From contig NC_135896.1 in NCBI RefSeq assembly GCF_964194155.1, forward strand, positions 97,526,001-97,590,000: 64,000 nt of DNA. The letters run 5' to 3'. Shown one piece after another: positions 50,720-62,044 of this stretch. Made by a program: the position numbers and the translations under genes. Under the pieces are notes generated by a model, which saw only the letters and a program-made list of their open reading frames with translations, was not told where the DNA came from and did no database searches. Origin of the DNA: Cetorhinus maximus (lineage: Eukaryota). Numbering within the stretch: position 1 is the stretch's first letter; each line of letters starts with the position of its first letter.

Positions 50720-52619
50720 GGATGGGCAATAAATGCTGGCCTAGACAATGAAGCCCACATCCTGTGAATAAATAAAAAAAATACTCCAGAGCAGTTTTAA
50801 TGCCTGAAGACGTCAGGGGCTTTCAGGATTTGTTAGCCACATTAGAACATTCATCTTGTTAAGCAGCAGGATTGCAACTCTGGCGTCCATTCGGATGATT
50901 GCGGCTGGAATGAACCTCCCTGAACTATACATCTCTCAGGGCAGCAGTACATGTCTTCTCTGGCTTTCCCCGCTCAGAGGACTACGCTGCTGCCATGTGG
51001 GAGATATCATTTAGCTGTCCAGCAACAAGGTCCACAGGTTCATCCAGCAGCAGCGGCCTGCCAGCCAGCAATTCTGTAAATGCAGCATTCAGATGTATTA
51101 CTAGTTAATAGAGCTGTTCTACCATGGTTGGTCTGAGGCACATCTTACGTTTATAAAAGGCCAGTTTCTTATGCTTTTTAATGGCAGTTGAAAGTATGAG
51201 GATGACATGGAGGATGTTGGGGCAAGGAGTATTGCAAGGGCCAGAGTTTTCTCCTCTCACCAGTGACGCAGTTCGTGGTGGGGGGGTGCGGAGAACACGA
51301 GGGGAGGAAAACAGTTGGTTTCCCGACGGCGAGAAATGACAGTGGCAACTTGCGGTCTGGACTGTCACCGTGGGTTAATGGCGGGCTGCCCTTCCTGCTG
51401 AAGGCTGACGGGAAGCAGGTTAGCATATCTTTAATGGTATTGAAATTAACATCAGACCCCCCCACCTCCTAACCCACCACATCCTCGGCACCGCCAGCAG
51501 GGATTCATGCCGGTCTGACTCATGACTGGGCTGTCGTGGTGTTCGTATGGCGAGACAGCGCTTGCCTTAAGAGCCGCGGTCTGGATCACTGGAGGATCAC
51601 AGGGAGGTAAGGTGCAGGAGGACCAAAGGGGCAGGGGAGGGTGCTGGGAGACAAAGATTGGGGGCAGGGGGTGGGGATGTCAGAAGACAAAGGTGGGAGG
51701 GGAAGAAACCAGGAAGCCTTGAAGAGGGGCGGGGGAATATTCAGAGGGAGGGGCCTGCGTTGTCATTGCTGGAATGTTGGGGGGGACAAACCGAGGGTAC
51801 TGATGGTGGGAGGGCACTGTAACTGTGAGAGGGGGCAGTGCGCTGCAGCAGGGTCCATCTATGGCAGGTGTAGGTCTGGTCTGGGTCGTTGGACGGGACA
51901 AGAAGTTTATCATGGATCTTGGGAGTGGGCAGGATCAGGGTGGGCATGGGCACAGTGACAGGTGTGGGTTCAGCAGAGAGGGGAAGGCATTTGAAGGGTG
52001 ATGGTAATGGTCTCTAGTGAGATGGGGGGAGGTTCAAAGGTGACAGATGGAAGGGTGAAAGTAACACTGACAAGGGGGTGGGTGGGGGCTCGATGGTGAT
52101 GGGAGTGGAGGGGATGGGTTCCAGGAGGAGGGTAGAAGGTGTTGGGGACAGTTTGGAATGTGATGTGTATTATCCTCATGCGAAATCAGATCAGGATGTC
52201 GACACCCTCGATGCACAATAAAAAATGTCCGGTGGGAGGAGGATCAATGGGCGGGTGGAGCTGAAGGTCAGCTCAACTGGACAACTGAAGGAGAACCCTG
52301 ATACTCTACCCTGACAAGGCAAAGGACTCTCCATCGACTCCAAAGGGCAGTGGAAGGAAGGGGAATAGTGTGAGTGGGAGGTTTCTCGCACATGGCTCAC
52401 GTGAACCTTGGCAAAGAGCGATGCCTCGATTCACAGGCATAATTCTGGGGGACATGTACCCAACCTGGGCCCCCTTGGAAGGGAGGGGAGTGCAGACAGG
52501 CAATAACACAAGCAGGAGCAAGAAAAACCCAGGAGACATCTGCAAAGTGCAAGGTTTCATATATTTACAAAGGTGCAATAACTATTTACAATACATCTGT
52601 GCCACCAGATTGAACTTAA

Positions 52620-54743
52620 TACTTCATAATTTTACTTACCCTACCACTAGGTCTAGGTGCTTCCCCGCCATCCAACAGGTGGAGGCAGCCTGTTGACTAC
52701 TATGCCTTCTTGTCTCTGATGACTATGGCGGGCAATCTCTGGAGGGCCGAGGCCTGGAAGGCCCTGGCCTTCTCTGTATCCTTTGATCTGGGGCAGGTGC
52801 ACCCTCAGTGGTCTCAGAGGCTGGAGCTGATGGGGTCACAGGCAGGAGGGGACTCAGAACGCATGGACACCCATGGAGAGTACTGGATGTCAGCCCTAGG
52901 GGTGTCTGCCTGATGCCCCTCCTCCCTTTGGGTTCCCAATGGCCCCTCCCTGACTCCTTGAAGAGAAGGGGCACCTGGAGGGCTTTTGAATTGTCCCGTC
53001 CCCCTCTTGCTTAGCCCTTGCAAAAGCTCACCAATGGTTACAGCAATGGAGTGCAGGTCTGAGCCCATCTCTGGCAGAAACTGGACGTACTGCTGGACCA
53101 GGTTCTCCATGGTGTCCGCCATCCTCCCCATGGAGACTTTGATCCTCACATGTCAGAGCCACTACATCAGAGAGCACATGGACGCAATCCTCCACCTCAC
53201 ATGCCACTCTGTTGAGGGCCTCTGACACCTCTGCCTAATGCGTCCCTGCATCTCACCGAATCTCCAGCATCTTCTCCGTGACCACTCCCTGATGCTCATC
53301 AACTGACTCAGGCTTAGCAGGGGCCTCTTCTCTAGGAGTTCTCCGAGTGCCAGAGACCTTGGCTGTCACTGCCTCCTCCTGCTGTGGACCTGTCTTTTTG
53401 AGGTGTGATCCTGAGCCTAAACTAGATCTACGAGCCACCGAGGTGTGTGCCTCTGGGCTGGTGGAGGATGCAGGTGAACGCTGTGATGGCTCCACAGGTG
53501 AGCAGTCGTCCTCCTCCACTTCTGGGGCCTCCTGTGGGCTGGGCCTGACTTCAGGTGTGGGGGCTGGCCTCACCCTCTTCCTGCTGGCACCTTGAATGGA
53601 GAGAGGAGAGAATGAGTGACTGAGTGGCCTGCCTCCTACAAAGCACAGAACCTGACCCTCAGGCTCCGACTGGCAGAGGTTAAATATGCTTCCTCACTGG
53701 ATGCCTGGGGGAGACCAACCTCGCCATCGGCACGTGCACAGTCCCCGTCCTCCCCTGTCAGCTCAGCAGCTCACTTAAATTGTGTGAGGAGCAGGATGTG
53801 GGGCATTCCCCCTCCAGTCTCCTCCCTCTCTCGCCTGCATAAAGATAGACAGATGGATTGTGAGCACTGCTGATGCAGCAGCAGGTCACATGCTGCTAAT
53901 TCTGTGCCTTCTAAGTGACCTCCTGACTCCCGAAAGCCCGTCCACTATCTGCAAGGCACAAGTTTGAGAGAATACTGTCCAGTTACTGGGCAAGTGTAGC
54001 TCCGACAGCGCTCAGGAAGCTGGACACCATCCAGGATGCAGCAGCCTGCTTGACTGACACTCCATCCAGCACCCTTAACATTCAGTCCCTCCACCACTGA
54101 CCCATTGGCAGCTGTGTGTGCTCTGTGAACGATGAGCTGCTGCTAGTCCCCAAGGTGACCCCGGCAGCCCCCTCCAGGCCCACAAGCTCTCACAGCTAGA
54201 AGGACAAGGGCAGCAGAGGCATGAGGTCAACAGCATCTACAAGCTGCCCTCTGCTCTAACCACCCTTCCCCCTCCACAACCACAACCAACCCCCCCACCC
54301 ACATGAATGGCTGTGTCCTCAGTGTGGCTGGGTCAGCAACTCGCAGTTGCCTCCCTACCAGCAGACCACATGGGCTGCAGTGGGGCGATGAGGCAGCACC
54401 CCAGCACCTTCTTCAGGGCTTTTAGGGATGGGCAGCACAGACGCTGGTCTTGCCATTGACACCCAGGTCCCATGACAGATGCAGAAAATGGTGAGGTGAG
54501 TAAAGAGAGTAGAAGATTCATTAACCCTGGCAGCACGGATTAAATCATTCATACGTTTTCTGCAAGGAGGGGCCCTCCTCTGCACCCCTGTGGCACTGAC
54601 CACCCTGGAAACCTCCTCCCAGGCCACTGTGGTGAGTCAGGTTGGCCTCCTGCTCCAATTCCTGCCAAAGCAGACATTATCCTGTCCTCCGCGACCTATC
54701 CATGAACTGTGGGGCCGGATACTTGCTGCTTTCTGGAAGCCAT
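52620..54743 (-). pseudogene. Harbinger Myb/SANT-like gene, disrupted
   Basis: AWEEVSRVVSATGVQRRAPPCRKRMNDLIRAAR; MGRMADTMENLVQ..LHSIAV. Confidence 0.75.
53905..54478 (+). mobile_element. Diverged 3' fragment of the tRNA-headed LINE inside the Myb-gene intron
   Basis: Colinear with 50220-50770. Confidence 0.75.
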
Positions 54744-55921
54744 TGCCCTGGACTCCTTTAATTACCTTTTAAATATGGCATCTGGGCATGATGGTGGGCA
54801 TGACTTACTGCTCGAGTTGCAATGCGATGCAACCTAATCCTCCTGGCTGCAGAATTAACTGGATAAGCAACGCACGGTTCGATGTGCTGACCCACTCTTC
54901 TCTCCAACTGAAGCCCCTCCAACTTCCCGCTCCCACCACAGGACTTAGGCCCAGGGCAGGAAACCCTGGCCAAGATGTCTATACTCCACCCAGCAGGTGA
55001 TATTCCTTAGTACATCTCATCAACACAGACAAGTACCCAAGAGGAGTAGGGAGCATAGATCAATTCAATGACTGCATTTAATTTCCAGGAACTTTAATAT
55101 TGGAAACCATAGTTGTGATCGTAATTTGGGAATTATCTGTTATCAAGGAGCTGGATTTGTATTGTGTAATGTATGAGGTCTTAATAATCAGACTATTTTT
55201 GCCAATATACTTTAAGGTATTGAAATTTATTGGACAACAAGCAATAAAGGGCAATTCTATTTTAAAATTTTGAGGCCTAAGAGCAGGAAGGATCGAGGAG
55301 ATGATTTATTGTATTTAAAACATGAAGGGAAGATAGATTAGTGACTATTTCCCATAACCAGGTGGTTAAATCAGTGATGAGAAAACCAGCTAGAACCTAA
55401 CAAAGACAGGTGGACCCTTATTTCGGTATAGGACAAGTGTTACAATACCATCATACATCAGGGAGATTCTGAAAGTAATAGTGTGGTTATTTTGAGATTA
55501 CGTCAAGTTTGGAGCATTGACATTGAGGATTATCCAAAAGGATCGAGGGAAGGTGAGGTCTGAATGTAGAGGAATGACAGATGCAATTTAAGACAGAGAA
55601 GTTTAAAGTTTATGAGATTTGACAAAGAGAAGGCCAATGTGGATCATCTCCTAAATGGAAATGTGCTTGAAGCGTGACAACAGGAAAAAGACATCTTGGG
55701 AGTTTGGTAAATAAGTCATTGAAACTGTTGTTAGAGTATTCAAAGGCTGTTAGAAAAGCAAACTGAGAGAACATAAGAAATAGGAGCAGATATTTCAACA
55801 CCTCAAGCCTGCTCTACCATTCAATAAGGTCATGGCTGATCTGACTGTGGCCTTAACTTCACTTTCCTGCCTGCCCGTCTGTAACCCTTAATTTCATTTT
55901 AGATCAAAAATCTATCTAACT

Positions 55922-57101
55922 TATAATATTCTTTATCTCGTTGTGCTAACACAGAATATTCACAGAGTCTGCGGAGGTAAAGAGAACGTTAGCTTTATTG
56001 GGACATCTCTAACAGTGACTATGCTGTTCAATCACGAGATTGTATAAGAGAGAGCAAGATCATAAGACATTGCATCAATTCCTGTGCTGATGTATACTGT
56101 GTCTCATTAGCATATCACACAGTATTAACCCCTTATACTACATCTCCCCCAAAGTCTCTGATTCTCCCCTTGATACTACATCTCCCCCAGGTCTCTGACC
56201 TCATTTCTTTATACAGGATCAATCGGTGTGGTGTTTCATTAGTCCACCCTGCTTTTGTACGGTCACCTTTCTGCTTCTAAACTTAACATACTCCTCTGAG
56301 TCAGTCTTTTTTGGGACATGGTTCTCCTTGCCTCCCTGAATCATCGATCGATTTTGCTTCCTGACCTCAGCTCGTCTGCTCAGTTGAATTGACTTTGTTA
56401 AGGTTAAATCATGCATCAACTGCAAATGGTCAGATAATGCTTCATCCAAGACTCCGACAACAATTCTGTCCCTGGCTGGTTCATCTTTTAAGCTGCCATA
56501 TTCATAGTTCTCTGCAAGTCTATACAAATCAGTGATAAAGGTATCAATACTTGCCCCTTGTCCTTGGATATGCTTGCTAAATTTATCCTGCTCAACAATG
56601 GTGTTCTTTTGCAGATTGAAGTAAACATCAAGAGCTTTTATTGCTTCATCGTACATAGCATTTTCATCGATCCCTTGCCTGACTAGGATTTTGTCTGCAC
56701 AGCCACTCATCGCATACAATAATGTACTGACCTTCACACTGCTCTCCTCCACAGCAAGGCCCGGTGTGGTGCAATATGTGGTAAATCTTCGGTGCCAGTT
56801 CAGCTACGCTTCTGCTTAACTGGGGCCTACAAACTTGTCGAAGCTTTCCTGTAATGGTAGAGAATTTTCCAAACTTGTTCTTTCACTTGTTGCCACCATA
56901 TAACATTCTTGGTCTTGTTGCCAGAATATTTATAGGTTCTTCAGAGGTAAGGCAAATGTTAACTTTATTGTAACATTTGTAAGGGTGACTGCACTTAAAC
57001 ACGAGATTGTACAAGAGAGAGCAAGATTATGACAGTTGCATCATTTTCTGTGATGATGTATACTGTGTCTCATTAGCATATCACACAATTAAAATTAACC
57101 C
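55922..57101 (-). mobile_element. Gypsy-type gag-only LTR element
   Basis: LTRs 55922-56142 and 56899-57101; TSD AACT; PBS TGGTGGCAAC; PPT GGGGGAGA. Confidence 0.85.
56219..56870 (-). pseudogene. Gypsy (Mag-like) Gag; open from 56752 to 56219, 5' part disrupted
   Basis: VSTLLYAM..AD; SIDTFITDLYRLAENYEYGSLKDEPARDRIVVGVLD. Confidence 0.85.
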
Positions 57102-58439
57102 AACTCAACCTTGAATGTATTCAATGACCCAGCCTACATTGCTCTCTGGGAAAGAGAATTCCACAGACTAATGACCCTCTGAGAGAGGAAATTCCTCCTC
57201 GTCTCCATTTTAAATGGGGGATCCCTTATTCTGAAGCTGTGTGCTCTTGATCTAGGTTCCCCAACTGCTCTTAGCATCTAGCTGTCAGACCCCCTCAGAG
57301 AGTCAATTCTATGATGATACCTGCCTTTAATAAGACTCTGGCGAAAAGCTGCAGTTTTGACCTCCTTGTTTTAAAAAGGGGCACAGTCGGAAGACAAAGT
57401 TGGCTACCTTGCGCTTTTTCCTTTAAAGAATGCTTGAGGGATGATTCAATAAAAGGCTTAGGATTATGAAGGGTTTTGAGAACTTGGATCCAGATAAGTA
57501 TTTCTGCCATGTATGAAATTCAAATAGTTTCAAATTAAGCATGAATAAAATCAAATGGAAAATTCGGAAACTTTTTTTTTTCAGTTAAAGTGCGATAAGT
57601 CTGTTGGACAGATGATGAAACAAGAAGCTATGAAGGTGATCAAGAAGTGGGGAGACAAGTTGCTGCCAGCACAGGCGATTCAGGATTATTAGATTTCCGA
57701 ATGCATCAAAGGTAATCTTGTGTGAAGTTGGATCAACCAATGATCTACATCTGCTGAAAAACGTTCCTGGGTTACATAAGTCTGAAGTAACGAGAGGATT
57801 CAGCCACTGAACTGGAAAGTTAATTTTTCACAGACATTTCAGTCAAGTGAAAGCGGGCACAATTTATTCCTTAAGTTGCAAACCAAAGCTAAATATCTGA
57901 TTTTCCCTCCAATTTTGCTCGTCATAAACGAGCCGCCAAATTCAGCTTATCCAGATATTTGAGACCGTTTCTTTGGTTCCTTTCTGTTCAATAAGTTACG
58001 TGAGAACACAAAGTTCTGATTGAAGCATTGATATGGCAGATAAAACATTTTCTGTACATGTTTGTATCAACTTGATATTAATTTGTGAAGGGATTTCAAA
58101 GTTTAACAAAGGAAACCGTTTTTCTGGTCAATAGCAACAAGGAAATGTCTTGGCAATTTCCAAGTAATATAGGCATTCTGAACACAATGTTGAATAAAAG
58201 ATGGGTCTGGGATATTCTTCTGACACAGATAAAGAATTTAGACATCCTACTATTCTAATTAAGACTCTATTGCTAGCTTTCACTAGGCCTGGCCAACAGA
58301 CTGAGGTGAGCCCTTGATTAGATAAGATTAATAATAATCAGTACCAGAAACCTATCTCCTTATAATGATTTAGATGCCAGCAAAGTGAAATGGAATTAAA
58401 CCTCTAATGAGAAGTCTGAGTTCTATTAAACTAATTGTA

Positions 58440-58605
58440 TGTCAGCTGTGGCTCAATTGTTAGCACACTCACTGCTGCCTCAGAAAGTTGTGGGTTCAAG
58501 TCCCACTCTAGGACTTAAGCACAATAGTCAAGGCTGATACAGTGTAGCATTTAGGGAGTGCTGAACTGTTGGAGATGCCATCTTTCAAATGAGATGCTAA
58601 ACTGT
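58440..58605 (+). mobile_element. Deu-type SINE head
   Basis: TGGCTCAATTGTT A box, GGTTCAAGTCC B box, GGGAGTGCTGAACTGTTGGAGATGCC. Confidence 0.7.
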
Positions 58606-58649
58606 CCTTTATTTGTAGGTAAAATACTTAAACCAATAATTTCTTAACA

Positions 58650-59480
58650 TTTTGAAGATCAGACGAGAATTATGAGCCTTCCCAAAACTAGAAAGAAATT
58701 AGCATACCTCATTTCATAGCTTATCAACACAACCACATAAACCATTCTTTGAAACCTTCATTAAACGTAAGAATGGTCAAACCAAACAACACTCCAAGTG
58801 TGATATCATTAATGCTTCATAAATTGGAAGGTAAAACCTCCTTGGAATTATATTTAATATAGTTTTGCATTTAGTTTTCTTTAGTAATTGCAATTACATG
58901 CCATATACAAATTGTTTTGCTGTCAGGTTATTGAATAACTCTTTGTGTGATCTTTGTTGCTCAATATCATCATATTTTATCACTTAAACCACTATAGATG
59001 CCAATTAACAACATTCATTTATTAGAAGCATCCTGATTTCTTTTCAATATTCAAGTTGTGTACTATCCAACAACTAAAAAATGTTGCTTTCCCTACCTTA
59101 GTCAAGTCATTAATGAATATTGTAAACAGCAGGGATCTCAGGACTGATCCCTGGGAGACTTCACTGGTTACAGTTACCCAATTAGAACAATTACTATTGA
59201 TAGCTAATCTGTTTCCTATTATCTAACCAATTAGGAATCCAATTTACAACTTTACCATAGATCTCGTTATGTCTCACTCTAGTTGCAAGCCTTCAGTGAA
59301 GGGTCTTATCCAATGCTTTTCCACCACTTAAGCTTCATTTACCAATTGCAGGACATCCTCACAGAATTCGATTAGGTTTGTTAGGAATCTATTTTGCATA
59401 AATCCACTTGAATTGAATATATTTATTTTATTACTGCCAGTTGTTCTTAAGTTACTTTTATTAATCTCCCTGTAACTTCC
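58650..59480 (-). mobile_element. Ancient degenerate CR1-like RT fragment
   Basis: CAGGACTGATCCCTGGGAGAC is the reverse complement of V(S)QGSVL. Confidence 0.55.
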
Positions 59481-60217
59481 TTGATATGTAGTTCCGTCAA
59501 TCTATCCTCTAAGAAGGATCAATCCCGTTGAATATTTCCCTAACAGGAATATGTTGACATCACATGGCTCCTGCAATGTGGAAAGATCTGTGACAGAATA
59601 AATAGAAGTGAGAAGACATGAATGAGGCATGGAGAACCAGAATACCAACTTGTTTTCTGACTCTACCTTTTATTTCTTAATTTGACTGTGCGCCCATCCT
59701 TCCGGAGGCAAATATCCTCTGATACCTGGGATTAAATGGAATAGCTAAAGTCGGTCCACCTAAAGAATACAAGTTTTATTAACATTTCATCAATCAACTT
59801 CATTCCCTTATTTCTACATTTGTCATTGTTGTGTATTTACCACAATATACTATTTTCCGAACATTTTATAATGTATCTGTTCCTTAATGTTGCTAACCTG
59901 CTTTATGTTGGACCATGAGAGTTCAAAGGATCATGCCATCCATACCTGATAAATGTATTATCTTAAATGAAAGTCATGGTCTATTTCACACATATTGACA
60001 ATGTTGTGCAGGGCACAATATGCTAGTTATATGCTGAAGATTTTATTTTCTTTGTGTTTAACTGCTCTTGCTGAAGAACCCAAAACTGAAACCCCATTTC
60101 TTCCTCATTCTTTCAAAATTCCTCGAGCAGCCTTTCAATATCCAACTTCCATTTGAATTCCTTCAGTCTGGTTTCCATTCTGCTCACTGCACTAAAACTG
60201 ATTAAATTCATTAAAAG

Positions 60218-60638
60218 CATAAGAAATAGGAGCAGGAGTAGGCCATACAGCCTCATAAGCCTGCTCTGCCACTCAATAACATCATTGTTGATCTTTTACA
60301 TCAACTCCACTTTCCCTGTATATCCTCCAAATCTCTTGATAATCTTAGTGCCTAAAAGTCTATTGACCTCAATATTGAGTATACTAATGGACAGAGAATC
60401 CAGACCACTGTGGGATAGTGAATTCCAAAGATTCACAACCCTCTGAATGAAGACATTTCTCCTCGTCTTAGTCCAAATTTGCTATCCCTGAGACTATGCT
60501 ACCTAGTTCTAGACTCATCAGCCAGGGTGAAACGGCCTTTCAACATTTACCCTGTCAAACCCTCTAAGAATTTTATGTATTTCAATGAGATCAATTTTCA
60601 TTATTCTAAACTCCAGTAAATGTGGGCCCATTCTTCTC
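60218..60638 (-). mobile_element. CR1 3' end
   Basis: CATAAGAAATAGGAGCAGGAGTAGGCC tail. Confidence 0.8.
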
Positions 60639-61203
60639 AAACAAAAACAAAAACACCTGGAAAAACTCAGCAGGTCTGACAGCATCTGCGGAGAGAGATA
60701 CAGTTAACATTTCGAGTCCGTATGACTCTTCAACAGAACTAAGGAAAAATAGAAAAGAGGTGAAATATAAGCTGGTTTAAGGGGGGGAGGGGTAGAGCTG
60801 GATAGAGGGCCAGTGATAGATGGAGATAGCCAAAAGATGTCATAGACAAAAGGACAAAGAAGTGTTGAAGGTGGTGATATTATCTAAGGAATGTGCTAAT
60901 TAAGGGTAGAAAGCAGGACAAGAAAGGTACAGATAGCCCTAGTGGGGGTGGGGTGGGGGGAAGGGAAGGGATCGAAATAGGTTAAAAGGTAGGGATAAAA
61001 CAATGGATGGAAATACATTTAAAAATAATGGAAATAGGTGGGAAAAAAAAAATCTATATAAATTATTGGGGAAAAAAAAGGGGGATCGGAAAGGGGGTGA
61101 GGATGGAGGAGAGAGTTCATGATCTAAAATTGTTGAACTCAATATTCAGTCTGGAAGGCTGTTAAGTGCCTAGTCAGAAGATGAGGTGCTGTTCCTCCAA
61201 CTG
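60639..61203 (-). mobile_element. Penelope-like element 3' part: GIY-YIG C-terminus and pLTR with a hammerhead-like motif
   Basis: LEEQHLIF*LGT*QPSRLNIEFNNFRS*; same family as 6999-7401. Confidence 0.85.
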
Positions 61204-61367
61204 GAGGACATTTTTTCCATTCGTCTTAACATCTCTTTGAATGGCTTCTCCAACTGTATCTGTTGCAATATGGCACATGACTTCAGCCGTTGTATCTTAT
61301 TTGCCATTGACCTGTTCTGTCTTGGCAGTGCCATTCACATCATTGAATCAGCTTTTATAAAACATTT

Positions 61368-61456
61368 TTTTTTTCAATAATTTATACAGATTTTTCTTTT
61401 CCCACCTATTTCCATTATTTTTAAATGTATTTCCATCCGTTGTTTTATCTCTACCT
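61368..61456 (+). repeat. Inverted copy of 60988-61078
   Basis: Direct reverse-complement match. Confidence 0.8.
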
Positions 61457-62044
61457 GCTCCTAACTTGTATATTCACATGTATTTATATGTTTATGCTCC
61501 TCCTCTTACTCAAATTTTTCTTTCATTCCAAACAATGAAGGAAAGTGACTCCCATGATAACCTGTGACAGCTTAATCAGAGTAACGCAGAGAAAAAGCAA
61601 CAATCTCCACATTCAACAATCCCTTAAGAATCCACTAAGGGCAATAGTACATGGATCCCTGTAACCTGATTGGCCAGAGAAGAATGCTCCTTTAAATAGT
61701 GCTTCCAGTCAGTCAATCAGTGTCTTAACTGAATTCTGTGAGGGTCCACTCAGCAGGTTGGCTGCTGGGCTGGGCAAGCATTCTGATAGTTAAGATTGCA
61801 TGGGACTGCCATTTTTCAATCATCAAACCCAAATTTACATGTATTCTGAGGTACCTGTATGTTTCCAGCAGGCAATACAGGCACCTCAATGCAGTCAGAG
61901 GGTAAAATGGTGCACAGGACAGCAACAGCTGGAATGGGACAGTAAGTCAACCATATATTTTAATAATTTTTCCTAAATACAGTGAAGCAAGAAACTGGTC
62001 TGCTATGGTCAAAGTTTCTTAATTTAAGTGATCTAATAATTCAA

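Larger units (their letters stand above)
47585..50781 (+). mobile_element. Near full-length single-ORF CR1-group LINE with a tRNA-like 5' head
   Basis: tRNA-like head, ~370-nt leader, APE endonuclease and RT motifs, AATAAA and A-rich tail. Confidence 0.93.
51239..54971. mobile_element. Non-autonomous Harbinger carrying a Myb/SANT gene, divergent family (copy 3)
   Basis: TIRs GGCCAGAGTTT / AAACCCTGGCC; TSD AAG. Confidence 0.85.
55770..57300 (-). mobile_element. CR1 3' end split by the LTR element
   Basis: CTATCTAACT...CAACCTTGAATGTATTCAATGACC is continuous in other copies (e.g. ~14790). Confidence 0.8.
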
